Virus record (IMG/VR): IMGVR_UViG_3300032562_000035
Location: 1 to 54,546 of that record
Origin: a virus
Taxonomy: Duplodnaviria; Caudoviricetes
Direction: 5' to 3' (one strand)
Length of the DNA: 54,546 nt
Shown here: piece after piece, positions 1 through 8,395 of the stretch
Numbering within the stretch: position 1 is the stretch's first letter
Layout: each line of letters begins with the position of its first letter
The notes under the pieces: generated by a model
What the model was told of the DNA's origin: nothing
Database searches by the model: none
What the model saw: the letters and a program-made list of their open reading frames with translations, nothing else
Position numbers and translations under genes: made by a program

Positions 1-126
1 CGCATCCAGGCCCCCGCCCCGCCCCCATAGGGTGAAATTCGCGGCAATCGCGCCGTACGTACGCATAAACGAGTGCCGGTCCTGGGCCGGTCCATATGCC
101 GCCCGGGTGCCCCCGGGGCTGACCCC
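1..126. repeat. Terminal direct repeat, left copy (circular closure or physical terminal repeat)
   Basis: 1-126 is identical to 54399-54524. Confidence 0.95.
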
Positions 127-149
127 GCCCCCGCCCCGCCCGACGATCC

Positions 150-440
150 GGGGAAATCCGCCCGGAGCCAGGCAGAATCTGCCGAGTCGATTTTGCCGAG
201 TCGAACGTGCCGACCGGCAGAATCTGCCCAGAGTTCCCGGCAGAATCTGCCCAGCCCCAAAACCAGGCGGCACTATTTACCTATGGGCCAAATCTGCCCG
301 GGTGGGCTGCCGGATGTGCCTATCGGCACTATCGGCACGTTCAAGATAGGTCGAATCGACCCATTGTCAATATGCCTAGGCCAAATCTGCCACATTCTAA
401 CTCTCGTCCTATATTCCATTCCAGTTATGCCAATTTGCCC
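150..440. promoter_or_regulatory. Cluster of 13-bp palindromic operator-like sites (GGCA-N5-TGCC and variants)
   Basis: GGCAGAATCTGCC at 171, 216, 239; GGCCAAATCTGCC at 286, 379; GGTCGAATCGACC at 349; weaker copies at 185, 199, 269, 308. Confidence 0.7.
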
Positions 441-612
441 CAGGGCATGCCGAATGGATTCACTAGGGCAATGGGCAGGGCAGACTAGCACTAGGGCATC
501 CTAGGGCATCCCAGAGTTAGGGCAGGGCCTAGAATGAGCTTCTCCGGCAGGGCCTAGAATGCCCTAGGACTAGCCGAATCTCCCAGGGCCTAGACTGGGA
601 TCCCCCAGCTAC

Positions 613-685
613 CCTAGGCCATCCTGGAACCGATCCTAGGCCATCCTAGAACCGATCCTAGGCCATCCTAGAACCGATCCTAGGC
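613..685. repeat. 22-bp tandem repeat CCTAGGCCATCCTAGAACCGAT, about 3.3 copies
   Basis: Units start at 613, 635, 657, 679; one mismatch in the first unit. Confidence 0.9.
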
Positions 686-693
686 ACGTACAT

Positions 694-728
694 GATTCGG
701 CCCCAGAGAACATCCCCAGGGCCGAATC
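694..728 (-). terminator. Stem-loop downstream of the leftward early operon
   Basis: GATTCGGCCC (694-703) pairs with GGGCCGAATC (719-728), just past the peptidase stop; no clear U-tract. Confidence 0.5.
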
Positions 729-745
729 GCAGTATTAGTCTGTAA

Positions 746-1882
746 TCAATACAGGGGTCGGGATTTACGATCATTCCTCAAATTACGGTAACCGATACGC
801 TTCCCTTCTTTAATTCCATCTTCCCTAGCGCGGGTCAGTGAATCCAGGATCATATCAGATTCAAATCCACTGGGATCTAGTCCCAGGATGTCCACTAGTT
901 CAGCTAATTCCGTATCAATTACTGAAATGGTAGTATCAGCAATTTTGCAAATACCCTGATACGAATAGTCATGACTGGGAGCCGATTTAGGATAATACCA
1001 GTCTTTCTTCTCCCAGGTATAACCATAGGTTGATAGGCCATTATAATCAGAGGATGTATCAGGACCTTCACAAGGTAGTGACTCCCAATCTAGTTTAATG
1101 CATTTATCCCTTAATTCGCTGTAGTATCCATAATCCAATGTTTCCTTGGGTCCATGGTTACTAGCATAGCCAATTGATATATTCACTATTTCTTGAATCT
1201 GCCCTTGGAATTCAGAGTTATCTGTATAGGTCCCGCAGTCCCAGGTATGTCCCATGTCTAGTCGGCTAGAAAGCTCACTAACGAAAGCTTTGGATGCCAA
1301 AGTACCACAAAATTGCTCTCCGCAAATGTCTTTTGTACCTTTGCGATCAAAAGCAATGCACCTTTTAACACCTTTAATCATATGCTTCATTTTTGTAGCG
1401 GCGTATTTTCCCCCCGATCCACCTTTTTCCTCATTCTGGGAGAACAGGTATAACGCTGGGATGTTTGCCTCAATCATGCATCCCAGTAGGCCAATACCTG
1501 CCCCATCATCTGCCCCTAATACAGTGGATCCATCTGTATTTACAATCCCGTCCAGTCCCATATATATATCAATAGAACCATCTTCGGTTTCAACCGTATC
1601 TAGGTGAGCTTGAAACATCGTGGATTGATCCTCTGGATTGGTCCTAGTGTCAATCCATAAATTACCCTCCAAATCGCGGGATATGGATCTAGCCTTTACG
1701 CTTTCCCCTAGGCCCTGGAGTACATCCATAACAGTCTGGATCCCATTCCCCCCATGGGGACGCTTGGTTCTCAGCGTGAGCCACAGGACCGGTTCATCGT
1801 TGATCCCCGGGTAGCGGTCTTCAATCGCTTTAGCGATTATCCTGGGGGATGATTCATTGGCGTCATTAATTCTAGCATTCAT
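746..1882 (-). CDS. M28/M20-family zinc peptidase
   Basis: Motifs AHLDTV, LGADDGAG, EEKG, FDRKG, YTD, NISIGYxxNH; RBS GGAGA. Confidence 0.85.
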   Translation of the reverse strand: MNARINDANESSPRIIAKAIEDRYPGINDEPVLWLTLRTKRPHGGNGIQTVMDVLQGLGESVKARSISRDLEGNLWIDTRTNPEDQSTMFQAHLDTVETEDGSIDIYMGLDGIVNTDGSTVLGADDGAGIGLLGCMIEANIPALYLFSQNEEKGGSGGKYAATKMKHMIKGVKRCIAFDRKGTKDICGEQFCGTLASKAFVSELSSRLDMGHTWDCGTYTDNSEFQGQIQEIVNISIGYASNHGPKETLDYGYYSELRDKCIKLDWESLPCEGPDTSSDYNGLSTYGYTWEKKDWYYPKSAPSHDYSYQGICKIADTTISVIDTELAELVDILGLDPSGFESDMILDSLTRAREDGIKEGKRIGYRNLRNDRKSRPLY

Positions 1883-1904
1883 TGGTTTATCTCCGGTTTA
1901 GTGT

Positions 1905-1934
1905 GGTTTGGTTTGGTTTGGTTTGGTTTGGTTT
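1905..1934. repeat. (GGTTT)6 simple sequence repeat in the peptidase 5' leader
   Basis: Six perfect copies plus isolated copies at 1895 and 1884. Confidence 0.9.
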
Positions 1935-1941
1935 AGGCTAT

Positions 1942-3387
1942 TTAGTCGACTTCAGTCACTGGGATACTGTCGATATTGGTTACCCTCAAGACAGTGTTAT
2001 TCAACCGATTAAATCTAGCTGTCACGCCAGTATCCCATCTGACCCTAAAGATATTGTCGTCAATAATACCGTATACGGTTCCCATGACATTTACAGGTTG
2101 GCTCTCATTATAACATTCATACATTTGGTCATCATGCATAACGACCCGATCATTAAGTGTAGGCATCAAACTATTATATGATTCTCCATGCCCAAGCTGA
2201 TATGCAAGCCGGGGATTATCCCTATAGATATCTTCCATCATTTTATAGAGCCCAATATTATCATCGTAATAACAATGGGTATGGTATACATAGATATGAC
2301 CAATACCAGACACATAGACACATATACAGTCCGACTGTAGTTCCCGGTCATATAACGCCCCAGGGTATCTAGTAACTACAGTGTCACAGGTAGCATAGTA
2401 TGCATCATACCGATCCAGGTATGATGCTTCCTCTTCTCTGATATACGTTCCATCGTCTAATTGTAATGATTCGTTCTCATTAATCCAATATCCATATCTG
2501 TCCTGTATCTGCCCCTCATGATCCTCATAATCCAGTATTCCGTCCGTTCTGCAAAATGAACAATTATCGCTTGCATTTGAGATAAAGATACAATCATCGC
2601 CCACTGTCCCACGAATATTATAACCATCCATATATGGGCCTAGCAAAGAGCCATTATAACGAATCTTATCAACTTTTAATCCATCCCAACCGTCAACGCG
2701 AGTATAACCATTGTCCTGTAGCCATTGCCTAGTGGCTGGGTCATCTGGCCTACTGTATTGCGTTGAATCGGTAGGCGTGCCATAGATACGGACATATTTT
2801 TTATCATTTACTAGGACACGGGAATAAGGGATTCCCTTCTCCGTTCGGATAACCATATTCCATCCAAATTTTGGATTATAAACGCGATACGGATGGGTCA
2901 TAGTGTCCCACCCATGGGCATTATGTTTAGTCATACAGGACCTGCAAGTATCGGCACAATCAAACATAGCATTAACAATATCGTCTATATTTGTAAGGAT
3001 CTTATATTCAGATTCTGTTTTATTATATGAGCAGACCAATTTCTCAATCATATGCCCCGGCATAGCGGGGAAAACCCTCGCTAAATATCCCCCAGGTTTA
3101 CAGGATACATGCCTATCTAATGCTCCATATTCAGCATTCCGGGTATAGGCAATGGCTCCAGGGAATTTTTCGGATGGATGGGGATATTCCATTGCCAGAG
3201 CGTTGAGATAAGGATTGATGATCCCAGAAGCCCAATCGAAACCAGTGAATTCCACAAATTCCCAGAATGCATCAATAACGATGGGAGAAAATACGTAATT
3301 AACCTTTTCTCTGTGGATATACGGGAATTCGATAGCTTTATCAGAAGCAAACTGTTCCAGTAGTTTGATAAGGCATTCTTTGCACAT
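1942..3387 (-). CDS. Hypothetical early protein (481 aa), co-transcribed with the peptidase
   Basis: Long ORF; GGAGG RBS before MCKECL; SCMT and HPYRVY motifs; Tyr/Asp-rich C-terminal half. Confidence 0.8.
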   Translation of the reverse strand: MCKECLIKLLEQFASDKAIEFPYIHREKVNYVFSPIVIDAFWEFVEFTGFDWASGIINPYLNALAMEYPHPSEKFPGAIAYTRNAEYGALDRHVSCKPGGYLARVFPAMPGHMIEKLVCSYNKTESEYKILTNIDDIVNAMFDCADTCRSCMTKHNAHGWDTMTHPYRVYNPKFGWNMVIRTEKGIPYSRVLVNDKKYVRIYGTPTDSTQYSRPDDPATRQWLQDNGYTRVDGWDGLKVDKIRYNGSLLGPYMDGYNIRGTVGDDCIFISNASDNCSFCRTDGILDYEDHEGQIQDRYGYWINENESLQLDDGTYIREEEASYLDRYDAYYATCDTVVTRYPGALYDRELQSDCICVYVSGIGHIYVYHTHCYYDDNIGLYKMMEDIYRDNPRLAYQLGHGESYNSLMPTLNDRVVMHDDQMYECYNESQPVNVMGTVYGIIDDNIFRVRWDTGVTARFNRLNNTVLRVTNIDSIPVTEVD

Positions 3388-3388
3388 T

Positions 3389-3676
3389 TTATTTTCCTCC
3401 CATGGCATATGAACTAAGGACGTTGATAGCGAGGATTGACATAGGCATGTCATCCCCATACAGGGAGATATTCCGGGCTGATTTGGCGATTAAACGAAGC
3501 TGCTTATTCAGCATTGCGTCAATGGTTCGATATGTAGTATCGGCATCAAATGAGGCTAGAGCTTGACGGTAGGCCAGTTCAAATTGGATATGAATTTGAT
3601 AGGCGTAAAGGGAAGAATCCATAGCCATCGCTGCGGCTGGGATGGCCCTAGAGGACGTGTTAGCGATTCTAGGCAT
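3389..3676 (-). CDS. Hypothetical protein (95 aa)
   Basis: GGGAGG RBS before MPRIAN; abuts both neighbours. Confidence 0.7.
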   Translation of the reverse strand: MPRIANTSSRAIPAAAMAMDSSLYAYQIHIQFELAYRQALASFDADTTYRTIDAMLNKQLRLIAKSARNISLYGDDMPMSILAINVLSSYAMGGK

Positions 3677-3681
3677 GATTG

Positions 3682-3804
3682 TTACCTCCCAAAGGAAATG
3701 GTCACTAGGATGGCAATTAGGCCTAGCAATAGGCCAAGTTCTAACTCTTCTAAAGTCATACATTTAAGCCATTGGATAGTATGGATTTTATAGTGGTGGG
3801 TCAT
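3682..3804 (-). CDS. 40-aa single-pass membrane peptide (not in ORF track)
   Basis: GGAGG RBS; MTHHYKIHTIQWLKCMTLEELELGLLLGLIAILVTISFGR; first ORF after the promoter. Confidence 0.65.
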   Translation of the reverse strand: MTHHYKIHTIQWLKCMTLEELELGLLLGLIAILVTISFGR

Positions 3805-3839
3805 GGTAGTACCTCCGACAGGCTGGATCGCCTAAGCAC

Positions 3840-3867
3840 ATTATAGGCCCAGTGTGCCGAATGTCTA
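3840..3867 (-). promoter_or_regulatory. Sigma70-like promoter with an operator-like site in the spacer
   Basis: TAGACA-16-TATAAT; spacer holds GGCACACTGGGCC. Confidence 0.75.
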
Positions 3868-3902
3868 TCATCTATTAGTGTTTTCCCTATAGCCCAAAAC
3901 TA

Positions 3903-4635
3903 GGCAATATTTGCCTGGAGATCCAGGTAATCCAGCTAGGGTAGAAAACGAAACCAGGATGCCCCGGGAATGGGCCTAGGATGCCCTAGGACACGCGATA
4001 GGCACGCTGGGCCATAACTACCCTCGAACAATAAAACGGCAGGTTTCCAGTATTCATGCGGTTCTAGCCCATTTTTGAATGTTGTTACATCCAATCTTCA
4101 TTCGCGTTGATATATCATTTCACCATGTCTATTTACGCTTTTCTTTTGTAGATACTAGGCAATAGTTGCCTGGCCCTATCAGGGGGGGTGACCAGAAGTT
4201 GCAACATTATATGTTTGAACATGCATAGGCCAATGGATGAATGTCATAACATGCATGTTGGAACATTGGGTTGCATGACATCCATTAAAGAGGTAATGGA
4301 ATACAACCGAAATGGAATATAGATTGGATCTACAGTGTAGAACATGCATGACCCTTCTTATCTGATTAGTAAGAATACTCTTTACACAGTAGATCAATTG
4401 AGTAAGAAACCATTCCCTGCGTGGTGGGCATAATGTGTAGGGCATAAGGCAAAGGATGCACAATGGGTGTAGTGGGGGATACCCTTTTTGCCCATTGCGC
4501 CCCATCGTATTAAAAAACCTTAGCGCAATACACTCAAGGTATATTCTGCCCAGGCGCAGCTAGACCAGGCAGTATCTGCCGGGAGATCCAGGCAAGACCG
4601 ACCCACCTAGCAAGCCGAGGTAGGCAGGATCTTCC
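3903..4635. promoter_or_regulatory. Second cluster of GGCA-N5-TGCC sites in a long non-coding stretch
   Basis: Exact sites at 3903, 4158, 4568; variants at 4538, 4591, 4623; the 3903 and 4568 sites share the flank GGAGATCCAGG. Confidence 0.65.
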
Positions 4636-4985
4636 GGGCTTGGCCGGGGTTATAAACACAAACCCGGGGGGGATGGGACCACGAACACTAGGCGGGGGGT
4701 GCTAGGGATACCCTCTCCCCAAAAGCGGGGCGTTTTCAGAACCCATTCACTTGCTGAGTTTACGCTCGGCAGCCAGGTATTGCCCAGGGAGGGGCATGGT
4801 GTTGTCGGAGGAGGTGGAGTGGGTGTCGGGAGACACAAAACGCCAGGGGAAAAGAAAGGCCTTATACCGTCCAGGAACTCGCTAAGTGTTTTAGTAGTGG
4901 TGGTGCGGGTTTGAAAAGAATTCCATTTAAGTAATATGGGGGTATGTTTTGAAATTCTAAAGGACTTACGGCCGCGAAATCTTGA

Positions 4986-5013
4986 AAGATAAGGAAACTT
5001 GCTTATGTTAAAA
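4986..5013 (+). other. dif-like (Xer) site candidate overlapping the promoter TTGAAA-16-TATGTT
   Basis: AAGATAAGGAA-ACTTGC-TTATGTTAAAA; right arm matches the E. coli XerD arm TTATGTTAAAT at 10 of 11 positions. Confidence 0.4.
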
Positions 5014-5040
5014 TTCGTAAGTGAAGATCGGGGGTGGTAG

Positions 5041-5523
5041 ATGTGGGAGTTGAACCCAGAGTTGGCGTTTACGGTCAGGGGAGGGGTATGCCAGGCAGTG
5101 TTTGCCTATTTGGTGAAGGCCATGCCCCGTGGGTGCCAGACTGTCAGGTTGAGGGACACGGATTTGCGGGAGCGGTATCACCCCCAGGTTTTGTGGGAGG
5201 CGTTGACGGGTTTGGCAGACCAGGGGTTGATCAGGCGGGGTGGGAAAACACGAAGCTGGGGGTTGATCTGGGTCAACCCGTATGTGATCCGGCACCACTG
5301 GCTCCATGGGCAGCGGTTGGATGAGGCCCTGGAGGCATACCGGCAGGGACCCAGTGGATTGGCGGAACTCTTGTCGAAGGGCAAGCATGACAATGGGGCC
5401 AATGCCTTCGGGATGAGTGACCAGGAACGTCTTGAGACCGCCACTAGGCTAAGAGAGATGCGCCTGGAAGAGAAGAGGCTTCTAAGGGAGAGATCCAGTC
5501 TCAAGAGAGAAAAGAAGACATAA
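5041..5523 (+). CDS. Winged-helix protein, RepL-like
   Basis: ALTGLADQGLIRR...IWVNPYV resembles the RepL-type wHTH wing; isolated rightward gene with its own promoter. Confidence 0.5.
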   Translation: MWELNPELAFTVRGGVCQAVFAYLVKAMPRGCQTVRLRDTDLRERYHPQVLWEALTGLADQGLIRRGGKTRSWGLIWVNPYVIRHHWLHGQRLDEALEAYRQGPSGLAELLSKGKHDNGANAFGMSDQERLETATRLREMRLEEKRLLRERSSLKREKKT

Positions 5524-5545
5524 AAAAGCCACCCCTGCGGGTGGC
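5522..5545 (-). terminator. Rho-independent terminator
   Basis: GCCACCC-ctgc-GGGTGGC followed by T6 on the minus strand, between convergent genes. Confidence 0.8.
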
Positions 5546-5566
5546 GTGGTGGGTAATGGGTTGGGG

Positions 5567-5743
5567 TTATGGCTTCAAGAGAGGGACCTCTCGGTTGATC
5601 CTTTTGATCTCGTAGCGGATCGACTCCATGCGTTCCTGGATGTCGGAGATGGACTTGATGGCATTATCCCGCAAATCTTCCAGGTCGATGATGGCGCGGG
5701 TCATCTCCCCCAGCGTCAGTTTAAGCATCAGGGTGGGGTCCAT
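5567..5743 (-). CDS. Hypothetical coiled-coil protein (58 aa, not in ORF track)
   Basis: MDPTLMLKLTLGEMTRAIIDLEDLRD...LLKP; fills the gap before the terminator. Confidence 0.65.
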   Translation of the reverse strand: MDPTLMLKLTLGEMTRAIIDLEDLRDNAIKSISDIQERMESIRYEIKRINREVPLLKP

Positions 5744-5746
5744 AGT

Positions 5747-5947
5747 CTAGTCCTTGGATGCCTTCAGTCGTTCATCCAGAACCTCCAGCAGCAGATCCAT
5801 GAGCTTCGCTTGGCGCGATAGCCGGGACTGCTCTTCCGGGTTGACCTTATCCCAGAGTTCCGAACTGATGAAGTTCATCAGGTGGATGTAGCGGTCATCC
5901 AGTTGGTTGCGCTCGTCCAGAAGACGGGCAAGATGGGTTGCGCTCAC
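5747..5947 (-). CDS. Small helical phage protein, crAss001_48-like
   Basis: Pattern ExxQLxxRxxxLxNFIxSExWxxVxxEEQxRLxxQxxxMxxxxxVLxERL. Confidence 0.6.
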   Translation of the reverse strand: MSATHLARLLDERNQLDDRYIHLMNFISSELWDKVNPEEQSRLSRQAKLMDLLLEVLDERLKASKD

Positions 5948-5949
5948 GA

Positions 5950-6180
5950 CTAAGCCCTCCTTTTGTGGGGTCCACCTTCATAGCCATAGACCACGAACCA
6001 GGACCCTTCGGCATCCGTGAAGGCAGCGATGTCATTGGGTCCTACCCCGCCCGGGTGGCCTACAAACTTGGGCAGGATCCGGTGCCGGATGGTCTCCCCG
6101 GTCGCCAAGGTCTCATTCTCATACTCGCAGAACTCAGGGAGATCGCTCAGACGGTTCTTGTCCAGACAGTTATTATTCAT
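5950..6180 (-). CDS. Hypothetical protein
   Basis: GGAGG RBS before MNNNCL; ATGA overlap with the upstream gene. Confidence 0.6.
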   Translation of the reverse strand: MNNNCLDKNRLSDLPEFCEYENETLATGETIRHRILPKFVGHPGGVGPNDIAAFTDAEGSWFVVYGYEGGPHKRRA

Positions 6181-6650
6181 GGGGTCTGAAGCCTCCAAGG
6201 GTTGGGGGTCTCGCCCAGATACCTGTAGCGGTCGGGGTCATAGGTGGCACCCTTCACGTTGGGCTGGTCCTGGTCCTTGGCCGCTTCCGCCGCCTGACCA
6301 CCCCGGGCAGAATCGACCCAGGAGACCGAAGTGGGCTTCGGACCTTCAGCGGCCTGGACGATCTGGGACTGGATAGGGAGTGCGGTCCCGGGAGTCTTCT
6401 GGACCGGATCCGTCCAGGAGGCCGGGATCTTCAAGGAAGCCGGTTCGACCTTCGGGTTCGGCTTTAGGTCCCTGGAACTCGGGGCGGGACTCAGAGTGGG
6501 GGCTGACATCGGCTGGATCGGGCCCAGCCGCTCCGCGATGAAGTTCATCAGATACTTGGCCTCGTTGTGCCGCTCGTAATCGGGCAGGTTAGGCAGGATC
6601 CTGATGGCAAGATCCAAATAGTCGAGTTCGTTGCTGTTGGGTTCAGGCAT
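6177..6650 (-). CDS. Hypothetical Pro-rich protein
   Basis: ORF in a tightly packed leftward operon. Confidence 0.65.
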   Translation of the reverse strand: MPEPNSNELDYLDLAIRILPNLPDYERHNEAKYLMNFIAERLGPIQPMSAPTLSPAPSSRDLKPNPKVEPASLKIPASWTDPVQKTPGTALPIQSQIVQAAEGPKPTSVSWVDSARGGQAAEAAKDQDQPNVKGATYDPDRYRYLGETPNPWRLQTP

Positions 6651-6653
6651 GGG

Positions 6654-6773
6654 TCACCAGAATTTGATGATGAAGTGGATGACGGTGTAGATCCCCAGGA
6701 TTGGGAGCCCCAGCCCTATGACTAGGACTCCACAACCAGCCAGGAAAGGTGCTACTCACCTGTCTTTGCCCAT
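6654..6773 (-). pseudogene. Small membrane peptide ORF with an in-frame TGA at codon 6
   Basis: MGKDR*VAPFLAGCGVLVIGLGLPILGIYTVIHFIIKFW; the ATG overlaps the upstream stop. Confidence 0.5.
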
Positions 6774-7180
6774 CAAAACCCCCGGGGCATGGTGAAGCTG
6801 GTCACCATCTCATGCACCAGATTCTGGAGTGCGATCAGGGCCAGGGCCTGTTGGGCAGGGCTCTCGAAGCGGGGCGAGACATGGGCGACCATGCTGTCCC
6901 CATCCGATTCGTGCAGCCGGATCTCCAGGACCAACTTCCCGGTCTTCGGGGGCTTGCCGGCATCCTTGATCTTCACGGCAAACACCCGCTTCAGTTCCTT
7001 ATGGACATCGGCGGCGGTCGCGGGACCGATCTCCACGATCTGGTAGCATTCAGGCATACCCTTGGTGCGCTGAGACTCGAAAATCTTCAGGGCCATAGCC
7101 TCGTCTTCGGCCAGGCACGTTCCACGGGACTTGCCGGTCCCGTCCACTAAGCGATACTTAAGCATCAGATGAGCCCCCAA
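6773..7180 (-). CDS. Hypothetical protein
   Basis: ORF downstream of the promoter at 7207-7234; start uncertain. Confidence 0.65.
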   Translation of the reverse strand: MGAHLMLKYRLVDGTGKSRGTCLAEDEAMALKIFESQRTKGMPECYQIVEIGPATAADVHKELKRVFAVKIKDAGKPPKTGKLVLEIRLHESDGDSMVAHVSPRFESPAQQALALIALQNLVHEMVTSFTMPRGF

Positions 7181-7206
7181 AAGAGGTGGAGTGATTCCAC
7201 ACTCTC

Positions 7207-7234
7207 AAGATAGGCTCATCCTAGTTCAGCGCAA
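7207..7234 (-). promoter_or_regulatory. Sigma70-like promoter
   Basis: TTGCGC-16-TATCTT. Confidence 0.5.
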
Positions 7235-7237
7235 GTG

Positions 7238-7393
7238 CTAATTGATTTTATTTTTCAGGTCTTCACCGGCCTTCTGGGCGGCATCAAGCACGGCACTCGC
7301 TTTGGCGGCATTCTTTCGGGTGACGAAGCCCCCGAACAGGGCCCCCAGCGAGAAGACGCAGACCCCCAGGATGACGTAGATGAAACAAGTCAT
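7238..7393 (-). CDS. Small membrane protein (51 aa, not in ORF track)
   Basis: GGAGG RBS; MTCFIYVILGVCVFSLGALFGGFVTRKNAAK... Confidence 0.65.
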   Translation of the reverse strand: MTCFIYVILGVCVFSLGALFGGFVTRKNAAKASAVLDAAQKAGEDLKNKIN

Positions 7394-7394
7394 G

Positions 7395-7982
7395 TTACCT
7401 CCGGTGTGCCAACAGGCTGATCAATTCATCGGTTCCGACCCCAAAGGCGATCCCCTGGAACCGGCCCTTCCAGGTCCCAGCCTTGTTGGCTGCCAACTGG
7501 GCCTGATAAGCGATTTCCTTCAAGCGGCACTCATTCTGGAGATCCACGATGGCTCCCTCCAGGCCCTTGATCTTCCCAGCCTGGGCCTGGTTGACCCCTT
7601 TCAACTGGGCGATCTCCAGCTTCTGTGCCGTTACCAACTCGTATTCGATGACCCCCGGGGTATCGGGAAGGGCGGGAACTGTTCCCAAATCGGGACCTGT
7701 GGGGGGTTTCTGAACAACCTTGGCCTTCGCCGCCGCCAACTTGGTCTCCAGATCGGCTACCCGGACATCGGAAGCATCGGCCTGACCTTGCAGATCCTGG
7801 ATCCGGGTGTCGTAGTCGGCATGGACCTTCGCCAACTCGTCAGAGACCTTCTTGGCTACTTCCACGGAAGCGGTCTCGGCCTCAGCACCCTTGACGGACT
7901 TCCCTGAGTGCAGCATGACTCCGCAAGTGAAGCCGGTGGCGAACACTAGGGCTACGATGCCCAACTGGTATTTAAGATCCAT
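7395..7982 (-). CDS. Membrane-anchored coiled-coil protein, possibly spanin-like
   Basis: N-terminal hydrophobic helix and two coiled-coil segments split by a Pro-rich hinge. Confidence 0.5.
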   Translation of the reverse strand: MDLKYQLGIVALVFATGFTCGVMLHSGKSVKGAEAETASVEVAKKVSDELAKVHADYDTRIQDLQGQADASDVRVADLETKLAAAKAKVVQKPPTGPDLGTVPALPDTPGVIEYELVTAQKLEIAQLKGVNQAQAGKIKGLEGAIVDLQNECRLKEIAYQAQLAANKAGTWKGRFQGIAFGVGTDELISLLAHRR

Positions 7983-7985
7983 GGC

Positions 7986-8384
7986 TCAACCCTCCAGGAT
8001 GGGACGGTCCACTGGAATCAGAGGGCAACCCTTCTTGTATTCGACCGCCCAGGTCTTGCTCTGGGGCAGGTTCAACCCCAGCCAGTCCAGGAACCGCTGG
8101 AAATGGGGCGCGATCTCTTCCGGGGTCCACTCCGTCTGACTACCGCCAAGCCTCATCTGGATTCCGCTGAAACCGAACTGGGTCATCAGGTAGCCGCTGT
8201 CTAGCACCAGTAGACCATAAGACTCGTCCTTGACCATCCAGTGGATGGGGAGGCCATCCTTCCCTAGGATCTCCACCCCCTCCATCTTCTCCAGATACTC
8301 GCGGAACTGGACTAGAGCCTTCTCGGGGTGGATCGGTCCCTGGGCCTTGGGAATCGGGGCCACAGACTTCTTGGGTTTGGGCAC
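7986..8384 (-). CDS. Hypothetical protein
   Basis: GGAGG RBS before the GTG of (M)PKPKK. Confidence 0.65.
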   Translation of the reverse strand: MPKPKKSVAPIPKAQGPIHPEKALVQFREYLEKMEGVEILGKDGLPIHWMVKDESYGLLVLDSGYLMTQFGFSGIQMRLGGSQTEWTPEEIAPHFQRFLDWLGLNLPQSKTWAVEYKKGCPLIPVDRPILEG

Positions 8385-8395
8385 ACATGCCTCCG

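Noticed and set aside
150-440. CRISPR mini-array
   Set aside because: Repeats are 13 bp, degenerate and irregularly spaced; no cas genes. The Cas4-like nuclease sits beside ERF as a recombination exonuclease.
32-504. ORFs in the left-end repeat region and 4179-4914
   Set aside because: No RBS; the translations merely echo the DNA repeats or G-tracts.
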